64,000 bases of DNA from a virus (Duplodnaviria; Heunggongvirae; Uroviricota; Caudoviricetes), in IMG/VR virus record IMGVR_UViG_3300023297_000003; one strand, written 5' to 3'. Both the position numbers and the translations under genes were made by a program. Every line of letters begins with the position of its first letter. Positions within the stretch are counted from its first letter, which is position 1. Of this stretch, positions 46,535-55,801 are shown one piece after another. The notes below the pieces were generated by a model. It had not been told where the DNA came from. It ran no database searches and saw nothing but the letters and a program-made list of their open reading frames with translations.

Positions 46535-46789
46535 ATGGATTTCGACAAGTACATCAACCACAAGCCTTTTCTGACACTCCGACGCAGCCCCAGCATCTTC
46601 CGTGCTTACCAGGATGAGTCTTTTCGGCTCAAGACCTTGTTCAAGCAGGACGCCCTGAGGGATGTCGGACTGACGGGACACCCCAAGGCAGACAGAGCGT
46701 TTGACGTCGCCTGGGGTGAGGGGCACGCCTTTGGGTTCGACACAGTTCACGGTTGGCTCCGCACCCTGGCGGATCTGCTCCTGGATTAA
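46535..46789 (+). CDS. hypothetical protein
   Basis: start MDFDKYINHK after AAGGAG. Confidence 0.45.
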   Translation: MDFDKYINHKPFLTLRRSPSIFRAYQDESFRLKTLFKQDALRDVGLTGHPKADRAFDVAWGEGHAFGFDTVHGWLRTLADLLLD

Positions 46790-46793
46790 TCCA

Positions 46794-46845
46794 GGGATCA
46801 TCTGGGCAACCTGCAGAGTAGTTAAGGTGAGGGGCACTGACGCCC
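46794..46845 (+). promoter_or_regulatory. conserved promoter-like motif + UTR stem-loop
   Basis: gggatcatct gggcaacctgc agagtagttaag gtgaggggcactgacgccc. Confidence 0.5.
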
Positions 46846-46861
46846 ACCAGGAGGATTGACG

Positions 46862-48403
46862 ATGGCCGGGACAATTGTTGAGAGTGTGACCCTGAATTTC
46901 ACAGATTTGACGGGGGCTAAGACCGGCTGTGTGACCCTCGGCAGTAACAAATTCTGGAAGGGGTGGGTGGAGGATCTCGGAGGGGGGATGGCGAACTTCG
47001 AGTGTCGATGGGGTCCGACTGGCAAAGCCGGATCTGACAAGGGCAGCAAACGGGGCATCAGCTTGGGGCAGGCACAGTCGCTGCTTTCCAAAAAGGTGCA
47101 GGGGAAGGAACGTAAAGGGTACACCCGGCTGGAAACTCGTTCTGATCAAGAGGAGATGAATAAAGCCGCTGCCAATGGGACGGCTGTGCCCGTCGCTTTA
47201 ACACCCGCCCCCGTAACTTCTTCCCTTAACCCCGAAGTCGGGCAACTTCTGAGCGTCATCTACAACGAGACGAGTCGGGTAGTTCGGGCTGGTCTTTCCG
47301 CTCAGGCCGGGGCAACGGCGGACAACCCCATCGGTAATTTATCAGATAGGCAATTAGACATCGGAGGCTCCATCCTCGATGAGATCGAGACCACCTTAGA
47401 ACAGGAGTTCGGGCGGGAGAGTTCCCGAAACCGGGAACAGACGCTGCCCCTCGTAAAGGGTGTGCCCCGAGATGGGGTCATTGACCTGACCAACCGTTTC
47501 ATGTCCAATGTTCCGAGAGAGATCAGACGTGATCAGCGGGGGCAGGACAACCTGCATCTAGTGGTGCTCTCCAGCTATGCTCGGTTGCAGGAACAGCGCA
47601 AATTCCTCCAGCTTCTTCGGGATGCCCACCTGACCAAGGAGGTGTTTCAAGCTGCAGCACACACGTCCAGCACAGCGGGCAAAGAACAGATATGGTACGA
47701 TGGCCTCGGCTGCTCCATTGAAATTTGTGAACCAAGCACCCAGGACTTCCGCAAAGTCGTGGAGATCTTCAACACGGCACAGTCACAGCGGAATCAAAAC
47801 TGGTGGCGAGGAGGCCGTTCGGTGTTGCGGGTTGCCAGGGTGTTCAAGTTCACACGCAACGGTACAGACAGCCGCTTTAGTACCTATGCCACTCAAACCG
47901 CCAAAAAGCCGGGGGCAACAGGACGGATCATGGCGTGGCATGGCACACGCACCGAAAACTTGTTGGGTATCAGCAAGCAGGGACTCCTGATGCCTGAGAA
48001 TCTTCCTCGGGGTGTCCACAAGGCGGGAGCAGCCTTCGGACGAGGCATTTACCACGCCCCCGCTTGGAACGCCACAGGACACAAGCTCGTCGGGGGTTCG
48101 CCTACGGATGGTACGAATGGGGCACTTAAGTCGATGAACTACACCAGCGCTAGAGGAGCCTACTACGGGTCAGGCAACGCCTCTCGCAATGCTTTCATGT
48201 ACCTTCAGGAAGTTGCCCTCGGGTTAGCGGACATACGGGGCTCGGCTTGCTGGGACAGGCATCGCCCGGCAGGGTGGCCGACTAAGGACTTCATCTTTGC
48301 CTGCGGGAAACAAAGTCAGGGGGGCTTTGTGCATGACGAGTTGGTTACCTTCAACCAGGATGCTCAGGTGTTCCGCTATTTGGTGGAAATTGCGGTGGTT
48401 TGA
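46862..48403 (+). CDS. PARP-like ADP-ribosyltransferase with N-terminal WGR domain
   Basis: WGR-like FECRWGPTGKAG..KGY; catalytic H-G-T (MAWHGTRTENL), GRGIYHA, FVHDELVTF (HGS/Y/E triad equivalents). Confidence 0.65.
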   Translation: MAGTIVESVTLNFTDLTGAKTGCVTLGSNKFWKGWVEDLGGGMANFECRWGPTGKAGSDKGSKRGISLGQAQSLLSKKVQGKERKGYTRLETRSDQEEMNKAAANGTAVPVALTPAPVTSSLNPEVGQLLSVIYNETSRVVRAGLSAQAGATADNPIGNLSDRQLDIGGSILDEIETTLEQEFGRESSRNREQTLPLVKGVPRDGVIDLTNRFMSNVPREIRRDQRGQDNLHLVVLSSYARLQEQRKFLQLLRDAHLTKEVFQAAAHTSSTAGKEQIWYDGLGCSIEICEPSTQDFRKVVEIFNTAQSQRNQNWWRGGRSVLRVARVFKFTRNGTDSRFSTYATQTAKKPGATGRIMAWHGTRTENLLGISKQGLLMPENLPRGVHKAGAAFGRGIYHAPAWNATGHKLVGGSPTDGTNGALKSMNYTSARGAYYGSGNASRNAFMYLQEVALGLADIRGSACWDRHRPAGWPTKDFIFACGKQSQGGFVHDELVTFNQDAQVFRYLVEIAVV

Positions 48404-49608
48404 AAGGTCTGGATCCGTTTTGCCCAAGCCAGGAAGTCAGCTAATTCATCGGTGTTCTTTGCCCGATTGCACCTGATGCAGGCAGGCACACAGTTATCTG
48501 CGGCATAGCCCAAAACATTGTCGACTCGGTCTATCCCTGTGTAAACATGTTTTCTGTACCGAGATGCAGGGGGTGTTCCACAGTACCCACAGTTGGACTG
48601 AATCAGGGCTGCAAAAGGAGTGAGATCAAGACTAAAGGAGATGCCTCGTCGAGTAGCGTCTCCTTGATATTTCCGGTAAATTTGTTTGTCTTTGGGGGTG
48701 ACCACTACACGGGCCAGACCTGAGGCAGAGATGGGTGGTATTGGGTCATGTAGTAACATCACCCAGTTCAGAAAGTCTTCTCTAGTTGCCTCTCTCTTGG
48801 CTCTATTGCACTTCCAGCAGCAGGGCACCACGTTTGAGGGTGTGTAACCCTCGGTGTTGTCCACCCGATCCAATCCATTGTAGATGCAGTTTCCTCTGGG
48901 GTGTTTGTAAATCATTGTCGGGGGCGCACCACAGTAGTAGCAGTTTTGTTTGAAAAGAGGCAGTGTGTCGTTTCGGATCAAGGTAAAGGACAACCCTCTT
49001 AGCTGTGCGTTTTTTCGATTCCTCAGAAAAACAGCATTCTGCGCCGCCTGTCCCCAAGGCAGGGGCGAACCTCGTAGGCACCCACAGCTTTGCACGGAAC
49101 CTGCTCTCAAACGGACATAGGGGACGATTTTTGTTCCTCCGCAAGAGCAGTTGCAAAGATGCTCCCCCTTCCCAGCCTGTGCAACTACTGTCAACCGTCC
49201 GAAATGATCTCCCTTGCATATGGGTCGGGCAGTACCATAATGAGACCCCCGTAGGCAGCCACAGCTTTTTACTCGCCCTTTGGTGAGGTCGGTTCTGTCT
49301 ACGATGTGCTCGTTTCCGCAGTCGCATCGACAGATGTAGTGGGGCAACTTCCGACCCTGTTTCATTTTTCGGGTTAGGGCCAGGACTGTTAACCGATGGA
49401 ATTTTTGTCCTATGAGATCGGGGGAACGAAGACAGCCGCAACTACGTGTTACGCCTTGCTGAAGGCTGCCTCTGGCAACGGTAACTTCTTTCCCGCAGTC
49501 ACATAGACAGCGATATTTGGTTTGCCCTTCGGGAATCCTCTCCAGGGCCAAGAGTTTACCAAAACGTTGCCCCACTAACGAGTGTCTTTGTGGTTTGTTT
49601 TTGGCCAT
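48376..49608 (-). CDS. HNH homing-endonuclease-like protein with two HNH-type modules and Cys-rich repeats
   Basis: GLDRVDNTEGYTPSNVVPCCWKCNRAK and GIDRVDNVLGYAADNCVPACIRCNRAK; repeated G..KSCGCL; start set to MAKNKP (GGAGG RBS). Confidence 0.6.
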   Translation of the reverse strand: MAKNKPQRHSLVGQRFGKLLALERIPEGQTKYRCLCDCGKEVTVARGSLQQGVTRSCGCLRSPDLIGQKFHRLTVLALTRKMKQGRKLPHYICRCDCGNEHIVDRTDLTKGRVKSCGCLRGSHYGTARPICKGDHFGRLTVVAQAGKGEHLCNCSCGGTKIVPYVRLRAGSVQSCGCLRGSPLPWGQAAQNAVFLRNRKNAQLRGLSFTLIRNDTLPLFKQNCYYCGAPPTMIYKHPRGNCIYNGLDRVDNTEGYTPSNVVPCCWKCNRAKREATREDFLNWVMLLHDPIPPISASGLARVVVTPKDKQIYRKYQGDATRRGISFSLDLTPFAALIQSNCGYCGTPPASRYRKHVYTGIDRVDNVLGYAADNCVPACIRCNRAKNTDELADFLAWAKRIQTFQTTAISTK

Positions 49609-49732
49609 TGTTAAGCCTCCCCGGACTGGTTTACAGCTTCCGTCCTTTATAGGCCTTTCACCGGGATCATCTGGGGACGCTTCAGAGTAGACAGAGTGGA
49701 GAGTTACCGTTTTGCAGGGTGGGAGCACGAGC

Positions 49733-50209
49733 ATGCCTGAAAAACCAAACTTCTGGACTGGTTTTTACCAAACAGCAGAGGCACACCCTCGGGTACTTGG
49801 CTACGTCTGGGCAGCAGACAGCGAGGAAGCGTTCGATGTTCTCGCTACCTTGTACAGGGACACTCTAGAACAGCCTCAGGTGATCAGCTTTTATGTCTGT
49901 CAGTTGTATAAGAAAGCCAGCAAACGGACAGGTTGGGGGAAGTGGGTACGTCGCCATTGGGGCGGTTGTTCGATCCGAGAGCTTGCTGACGTCATTGACA
50001 GAGGTGCCCCGCAGCGGTGTTGCCAATGCTCCCAATTGCTGGCTCCCAGTTGTGTTCTTGAGTCCTGTGATCTTTGCGGACGAACCCCCCTGTGTCATTT
50101 TTGTTTAGAGGATCATGTGGCGGGTCTCTGCGTGGATCCACAGTGGGAGATCCGGGATGGCTATATGGTCAAAGTCGAAACGGGATCATCTGACTCGGCC
50201 ACGGAGTAG
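49733..50209 (+). CDS. cysteine-rich hypothetical protein
   Basis: start MPEKPNFW; promoter motif 49661-49700. Confidence 0.45.
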   Translation: MPEKPNFWTGFYQTAEAHPRVLGYVWAADSEEAFDVLATLYRDTLEQPQVISFYVCQLYKKASKRTGWGKWVRRHWGGCSIRELADVIDRGAPQRCCQCSQLLAPSCVLESCDLCGRTPLCHFCLEDHVAGLCVDPQWEIRDGYMVKVETGSSDSATE

Positions 50210-50251
50210 ACCTTGTAACGGGACAAATGACCCGAAGGGAAGGAGTACCCG

Positions 50252-50575
50252 ATGAATACCCAGACCCGTATCCATTTCAAGTTCGATGCCAAGCTCCCCT
50301 TCATCAAGGCGCTCAGGGGGGCCACACAGATGGGTCTCAAGGAGACCAAGGAAGCCTCCGAGCGGGGTTGGGTCGACGTGGACCCGGACAAGGCCACCGA
50401 GGTGGCTCGGGCGTTGCAGGCTTGGAGCACGTTTGTGTCCTACGACCCGCCTCTGGAAATGAGGCACGCCCTAATGCGCCTGGAGACTGTCAGCGCACGC
50501 CTCGGTACCCGGCTGGTCAACACCCTCGCCCTCGGGTTGGAGTGTATTGACGCCGCCCTGGGAAGCGTCAAGTGA
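50252..50575 (+). CDS. ribosomal protein bL12 (L7/L12) C-terminal-domain-like protein
   Basis: FDAKLPFIKALRGATQMGLKETKEASERGWVDVDPDKATEVARALQ resembles bL12 CTD ([20 protein letters not shown]..). Confidence 0.5.
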   Translation: MNTQTRIHFKFDAKLPFIKALRGATQMGLKETKEASERGWVDVDPDKATEVARALQAWSTFVSYDPPLEMRHALMRLETVSARLGTRLVNTLALGLECIDAALGSVK

Positions 50576-51270
50576 GGGCTCCCCAGACCATCGGAGAGTG
50601 TCAGTCCCTGATCAAGACCTGTGAAGAGCAGATTGCGCTGCTGCAAAGGGAACAGGCCGAAGCTGACGCTAAGGCCAAGGCTGACGCTAAGGCTGACGCC
50701 GACAAAGCCCCTGTTTGGGCCACCCAGCGGCAGGAAAACATCGAAAGGTGGAACAATCTCTTCCAGCAGCTCAAGGGTAAGCCCTGTTGTGTGAGTAGGA
50801 ATCACAACATGGAGATCGACCCCGCAGACATCACCCCTCCGTGGTACGGGGGGGAGGTCGATCAAGACGCTTACGCTGAGGGGGAGATAGGCTGGCCTGA
50901 GTCTGAGTGTGCCGATGGGACTCTCATAGAGTGTCAGATCACCCCTGTGGACTATGAAACGCTGTGCCAGGAATATCCCTGTGCCAGCTTGGATGTGCTG
51001 AGGCACGTCAACGTCGGGGTTGTCTGCAAGGTGCGCCTGTCCGATGGTTCCATTTGGCAAATGACAGAGACCACAGGCCCCCACTTCTTCAGTCCTTGGC
51101 CTGAGGGTTACCCAGAACGGACAGGGTACGGTTTGCTGTTGGGATGGCAAATCCCGACTGACCACGGTCCTGGCACCCCTGAAAGTGTGGATTTTGACAC
51201 TGTCTGGTGTGTGGACGACCCGGAAATGCCCCCGGAGTGGGACACACTGGAAATGAAGGGGACGGGATGA
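50572..51270 (+). CDS. hypothetical protein
   Basis: 232-aa ORF, 4-bp overlap with upstream gene. Confidence 0.5.
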   Translation: MRAPQTIGECQSLIKTCEEQIALLQREQAEADAKAKADAKADADKAPVWATQRQENIERWNNLFQQLKGKPCCVSRNHNMEIDPADITPPWYGGEVDQDAYAEGEIGWPESECADGTLIECQITPVDYETLCQEYPCASLDVLRHVNVGVVCKVRLSDGSIWQMTETTGPHFFSPWPEGYPERTGYGLLLGWQIPTDHGPGTPESVDFDTVWCVDDPEMPPEWDTLEMKGTG

Positions 51271-51578
51271 ACGACACCGTACACCGCATCGTGATGATAG
51301 CTTTCGAGGTGGGTTTCTTCGTGTTCCTGTTCCTTTACATTAGGAGCTACCGGAACGAGGCCATCCTGCATCGGATGGTGAAGCACCTGGAGTATAGGCT
51401 AGAGGCCATCAGCCACCCGGAAACGAACACGTACTGCCTCTACTGCGGAGTCAATCGGTTCAAGCAGCCTTGCAATAGCGAGGTCGATCACACGAAGCCG
51501 CCCTCGGAAGAGGGCTGTTACTGTCACATTTGTGGAGCAGCACCAGGAAAGCCCTGCGATGCTGGTCTCCACTCATAG
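51267..51578 (+). CDS. small membrane protein with C-terminal zinc-ribbon
   Basis: IVMIAFEVGFFVFLFLYI TM; CLYCG..CYCHICG. Confidence 0.45.
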   Translation: MNDTVHRIVMIAFEVGFFVFLFLYIRSYRNEAILHRMVKHLEYRLEAISHPETNTYCLYCGVNRFKQPCNSEVDHTKPPSEEGCYCHICGAAPGKPCDAGLHS

Positions 51579-51589
51579 AGGAGGACGAG

Positions 51590-51874
51590 ATGAGGAAGAT
51601 CTTGGTGATCCTGTGTCTGCTGGCGTTCGGGCTGGCTGTGGGTGGCTGCGGCTACATGGTGGGCGAGGATGACGCCGTCAAGGCGGCGACCTCCTCGGGG
51701 ATGTCTGACGTGACTGTACTCAGCACACACCAGCTCTCCCCGCACTGGTTCGGAGGCTGCTCCGGGTCGGACGACGCCGCCTTTAAGATGGCGGGTATGA
51801 ACGTTGCGGGCGAGAAGGTCAATTTCACCGTTTGCTGCGGAGCGGTGGCCAAGGGCTGCACCGTCCGCTTCTAG
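51590..51874 (+). CDS. lipoprotein
   Basis: MRKILVILCLLAFGLAVGGCG signal peptide with lipobox. Confidence 0.5.
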   Translation: MRKILVILCLLAFGLAVGGCGYMVGEDDAVKAATSSGMSDVTVLSTHQLSPHWFGGCSGSDDAAFKMAGMNVAGEKVNFTVCCGAVAKGCTVRF

Positions 51875-51884
51875 GAGGAACGTC

Positions 51885-52109
51885 ATGGGAACTGCGCTGA
51901 TCATTGCTGGCCTCAGCATCGTGTTTATCGGTTTCGTTTTCGCTGTCCTGAACTTCAAGAAGAACTTCCGCATCGACCGGGACATGAGCAGCGCCGACGT
52001 GCTGAAGGGCTTCGGCAAGCACCTCACCGCAATGCTGATCGTGGTAAGCGGGTTCATCCTCGCCGCCATCGGCGTTGTGCTCTCGGTCGCCCACCACTTT
52101 GGAGGATAA
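51885..52109 (+). CDS. small membrane protein
   Basis: two TM helices; AGGAGG RBS. Confidence 0.45.
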   Translation: MGTALIIAGLSIVFIGFVFAVLNFKKNFRIDRDMSSADVLKGFGKHLTAMLIVVSGFILAAIGVVLSVAHHFGG

Positions 52110-52112
52110 CCC

Positions 52113-53129
52113 ATGCTGGAATCAAGCCTCCCCCTGTGTCCCTGCGGGCACTTCAACTACCGATCCGGGGGTGCCCACATCGGCCCAGATCGATCCTCCC
52201 AGTGGTTTTTCTGCGAGGAGTGCGGGCGTCCGGTGCTGACCATCGCAGATGCGGGGGTTGTCCATTTGCTCACAGCGTCCCTTACCCCGAAGCTCCCCCT
52301 GTCCGAGTTCCCTCAGGAGGGGCTTGACTGGGCGAACACGATCCTCAACGTCCACATCGCTGACCGGAACGACCGTTACAGCACGGCTGCGAAGCACTGG
52401 GCGAAGACCTTCGCCTGGGACGCCGTCTGCGACGAGCAGGGCTTCCCGCACGGGACTACTGTGGGGTGGGAGGCCCTCCCCGAGGAGGAGCGGACGGCGG
52501 GCCATAACGGGGTCAACTTCCTGCAGGATGTGTCCGAGACGAAGATCCCCGAGACCACGGACCAAGAGCTGGTGGACAAGTTCCGGGACCGCTGGCGTGA
52601 CCTGGAGAGGGCGTGCCCCTTCTCCCCAGGCACCCGCCTGCCGCCTCATGTGCCCGAGTGTCTCAGCGTGCGGGTCGGGTTCTATGTCAGCGGCCTCGGT
52701 GAGAACGTCGCCTGGAGTCCTCTCGTCAGCCACACTGAGACCAAGGACATCCCCATCCCCGAAGACCCTCGGCGGCGCAAGAACCTGGAGTTCTGGAAGG
52801 GCGTCTTCGATGAGTTGCGGGGTAAAGGCTACGCCTTCAGCGAGCCGGAAGAAACGCAGAACTGCTACTGGAAGGATTCGAACAAAACGGAGCCTTGGTT
52901 CACCTTCACCCACGGCAAAACCGGATATCTCCTCGGCCCCCGTAAGCGGGTCTATTCCATTCACATGAGGAAGGGTACCCGCTTCCCCCTGAAACGGCAG
53001 ACGGCGGTCTTCGGGAAGCTCGGGAAACGTGACAAGGTCACCTACGAGGTCGGGAATGACGATGCCCTGATCCACGCCTGGGGGCGGGACAAGCTCATCG
53101 AATACCTGACGGCTGCGATGGAGGCGTAA
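52113..53129 (+). CDS. hypothetical protein (N-terminal zinc-ribbon)
   Basis: 338 aa; CPCGH..CEECGRP; antisense 317-aa ORF rejected. Confidence 0.55.
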   Translation: MLESSLPLCPCGHFNYRSGGAHIGPDRSSQWFFCEECGRPVLTIADAGVVHLLTASLTPKLPLSEFPQEGLDWANTILNVHIADRNDRYSTAAKHWAKTFAWDAVCDEQGFPHGTTVGWEALPEEERTAGHNGVNFLQDVSETKIPETTDQELVDKFRDRWRDLERACPFSPGTRLPPHVPECLSVRVGFYVSGLGENVAWSPLVSHTETKDIPIPEDPRRRKNLEFWKGVFDELRGKGYAFSEPEETQNCYWKDSNKTEPWFTFTHGKTGYLLGPRKRVYSIHMRKGTRFPLKRQTAVFGKLGKRDKVTYEVGNDDALIHAWGRDKLIEYLTAAMEA

Positions 53130-53217
53130 TGAGTCAGACCATTTCTATCGACCGGATCCAGGTGTTGCACTTCGCTGACGGGGTAGATCGGGTGGAAATC
53201 CTCACGGACAAACCCTA

Positions 53218-53570
53218 CCGTTCCTTAAAACCTGCTAGAATGTAACAGGCATCAAGTTTGAAGCTGTGCCGAATCTTGGTGACCCAAGTACCTCGGTAGT
53301 AAACTTCCGGCCCAACGGTAAGGGCTCGGATGACGGTTGCTCCTTCCGTCCGAATCCCAAGGAACTGGTCCGTCGAAGACGGAATCGCTCTCTCAGCACT
53401 CGTTTTACGCCTCGTGGGTGATCGTTAGTACCAATGTGTTCACCCCCAGAACATCTGGGCACACCAGAACCTCCTACCCAATCAGCATAAGCCTTCCTGC
53501 CATAACAGCCTCCTGTTTCAAGCAGGAACAATTAGACTTTAGTAAGTTTGAGGGGTACTGTCAAGTACCC
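53218..53570 (-). mobile_element. 353-bp miniature TnpB-derived element (mini C)
   Basis: right end ccgttcc.. at 53218, left-end hairpin ggggtactgtcaagtacccc at 53552-53571; same junction as minis A and B. Confidence 0.7.
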
Positions 53571-53795
53571 CTTCTTTGAGGACGACGGAGACTTGTCGTT
53601 AACCCTCAGTTTCACAATCCCAAGGAAAGACACGGCGAGGTACCTCAAGGAACACCTGGGGGTCACCCGCTACCAGGAGTTCAGACGACGGGGAAGTCGC
53701 ACCAAGGCGACTAGTGGGATCATCTGGGGGACCGTCCGAGTAGTTAATGGTGTACATGAGGACGCTAATGGATACCCGAAGGGCCAGGAGACAAA

Positions 53796-54221
53796 ATGAT
53801 ACCCTGTAGTGCTCGCTGCCCAAACAAAATAGTGGATGGCCGCTGCATTAACGAAATCACAGTAGCCCCTGCTTCCTACACAGACGAGGAATGGGCTGAA
53901 TGCATGGAGGACATGGGGTATGAACCGGATAAGATCCCATCTCGCAAAGACATGGTGGTAGCGGGGTATTTCGACATCTTTATGGAAACCCGTTTCTTCC
54001 GAGTCCCACGAGGCACACACATCTACATCTGGGATGTGGAAGGTCTCGTAGCACAAGGGGACAGCGAAAGCTCGACCATCGTGCGAACCAGAGGGGCCGT
54101 TAATGGACGTCTCCCTTGGCTTGAGAAGGAGCATTCCTCCTGGGTGCTCCTGTGGAAAGGTGCCGATGGTCGCCTTCGGGGGGCATCCCGTGCAACGTGC
54201 ATCCCCCTAGAAGACAGGTGA
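53796..54221 (+). CDS. hypothetical protein
   Basis: 141-aa ORF; promoter motif 53716-53750. Confidence 0.5.
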   Translation: MIPCSARCPNKIVDGRCINEITVAPASYTDEEWAECMEDMGYEPDKIPSRKDMVVAGYFDIFMETRFFRVPRGTHIYIWDVEGLVAQGDSESSTIVRTRGAVNGRLPWLEKEHSSWVLLWKGADGRLRGASRATCIPLEDR

Positions 54222-54279
54222 CGGCAGTATAACTGTCACAACCTGACAGCCCCGTCCGTCCTGTCAGGCAGGAGGAAAC

Positions 54280-54855
54280 ATGAAGACACCAAGCATCGCA
54301 ATGAGCCCTTTCGTGGACCGGCAACGGGATCCCAACAGCGGACTCACCCACTGGGAGATCACGGACGAGGAACTGCTCAAACGGGTCCAGGAGAACTTCG
54401 ACCTCCAGCGCCCTGGCTACCGGGACGGCGTCGTCTTGGTGCCCGTCTCACCCGATGGTTTCAAAGCAGGGATCCGTGTGCTCCAGGAGGGGGACAAGCT
54501 CCGGGGGTCCTACAAGGCCCGGAGGGACGGCGAGACGCCCCGCATGTCCGTTGGGTACGAGTGCCCCACGCCCATCTCGGAGGCCAAGGTGACGCCCCGG
54601 TCGGTGGACGTCGTGCTCTACCATCGGGATGTCCTGGCCGAGGACGAAACCTACGTCGAGACCGAGTGGAACGTCATCTGTGTGCTGGGGAAGTTCTGTT
54701 CTGCGGAGGATGAGGAGCCGATGATCCCTCAAACCCTGATGGCCAACCACTTCGGGGATGACGGTGGCTCGGCCACGGGGATGTCGCCGGAGGCTTTCGA
54801 GGCCGCTCTGAAGGCCTCCTACTACTACTGGCGGGACAAGGTGATGCTGGGCTAG
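54280..54855 (+). CDS. hypothetical protein
   Basis: 191-aa ORF; stop codon immediately followed by SRU1. Confidence 0.5.
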   Translation: MKTPSIAMSPFVDRQRDPNSGLTHWEITDEELLKRVQENFDLQRPGYRDGVVLVPVSPDGFKAGIRVLQEGDKLRGSYKARRDGETPRMSVGYECPTPISEAKVTPRSVDVVLYHRDVLAEDETYVETEWNVICVLGKFCSAEDEEPMIPQTLMANHFGDDGGSATGMSPEAFEAALKASYYYWRDKVMLG

Positions 54856-54891
54856 ATTTCAATCCACGCATCCATTTCTAAAGGACACGAC
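54856..54891 (+). repeat. solitary CRISPR-repeat-like unit (SRU1), 29/36 identical to array repeat
   Basis: atttcaatccacgcatccatttctaaaggacacgac; 3' handle (transcript sense GGATGCGTGGATTGAAAT) conserved, 5' stem arm lost. Confidence 0.55.
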
Positions 54892-54896
54892 CTACT

Positions 54897-55079
54897 TTAA
54901 GGGGTCTCGGTGACCACCTCGGAGCCGATTTTTGTAGCGTCCCGTTCCCGGAGGGCCTTGAGTTCTTTGAGCCACTCAGCCAATTGCTGGTGCTCCACCG
55001 CACAGGTGCAGTCGGGGCCATCCTTGTGCTTCTGGCGGGCTGTGTCCTCAGCGTGCTCTATTGCCTCATCCAGTGTCAT
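54897..55079 (-). CDS. small hypothetical protein
   Basis: 60-aa ORF, overlaps thyX stop. Confidence 0.4.
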   Translation of the reverse strand: MTLDEAIEHAEDTARQKHKDGPDCTCAVEHQQLAEWLKELKALRERDATKIGSEVVTETP

Positions 55080-55801
55080 TCAGGTGCTCCTTCGATGTCC
55101 TCAAACAGGACAGGGGTCCGTGTTCGTAGCTCCTTCAACAGGGGGATCGTCACCTCCCGCATCTGCGGGTGGGCAGCGTGGGCTGTCCGTTGTTTCCTTA
55201 TGAGACGCCATTCCCTGATGTTTGCCGTGACAAAGATCTCGGTCTTGGTGGAGTTGGGTAGAACGCTCCGGGCCTGCTGTGGTGTCCACTGTGCTCCCCG
55301 AAGGGCCTGGTAGTGACCTTCAGCCTGGAGCATAGCGTTCAGCCACATTCTGACAGGGTCCTCGGGCATCAACCAGACGTCCTGATAGAAAGCTTCGCCT
55401 TCCTTCGTCTGCCAGACCCGGCGGTAGTTGTCCTGTTCCCAATGTAACCAGTAGCCACCCTCGTACTCGGAACCGAACCAAGATGGGATGATGAACTGGC
55501 AGTGGCCGTCCGACTTCATTCCTGTGTAATCCACGTAACGGCTGCTTTCCTGGGAGAAGGACGCAAGCCTGTGTCGAACCAACTCGTGCGAGATCCCCCG
55601 ATCAACCACGAACCGCACGGTGAACCCAGCGTGCTCCAGGATGGATTCGTGACCTTGCCTGAGGCGCTTCCGCACGAAGGCCTTCGGGTTGCCCCTCGGC
55701 TCGCTCTTGTAGCAGATACGCCCGGCACGCTCGATGAGACGCAGTGCATCATCACCGAACAGTCCCTCTTCGATGTGGAAGCTGGGTTTCAACAGGATCA
55801 T
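55076..55801 (-). CDS. thyX: flavin-dependent thymidylate synthase ThyX
   Basis: ISHELVRHRLASFSQESSRY (RHR..S..SxRY ThyX motif); start set to MILLKP overlapping upstream stop. Confidence 0.85.
   Translation of the reverse strand: MILLKPSFHIEEGLFGDDALRLIERAGRICYKSEPRGNPKAFVRKRLRQGHESILEHAGFTVRFVVDRGISHELVRHRLASFSQESSRYVDYTGMKSDGHCQFIIPSWFGSEYEGGYWLHWEQDNYRRVWQTKEGEAFYQDVWLMPEDPVRMWLNAMLQAEGHYQALRGAQWTPQQARSVLPNSTKTEIFVTANIREWRLIRKQRTAHAAHPQMREVTIPLLKELRTRTPVLFEDIEGAPE

Noticed and set aside
50440-51165. 241-aa minus-strand ORF
   Set aside because: It is antisense to two plus-strand genes that have proper RBS/ATGA coupling.
52122-53075. 317-aa minus-strand ORF
   Set aside because: It is antisense to the 338-aa plus-strand gene, is P/G/R/L-rich, and has no RBS or promoter motif.
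53131-53799. Possible gene split by mini element C (ORF 53131 into the right end, ORF 53548..53799 out of the left end)
   Set aside because: With the element boundaries that work for the 44116..46292 reconstruction, the two flanking frames do not join in frame here. The downstream ORF also runs through a promoter motif. The call is left as uncertain.
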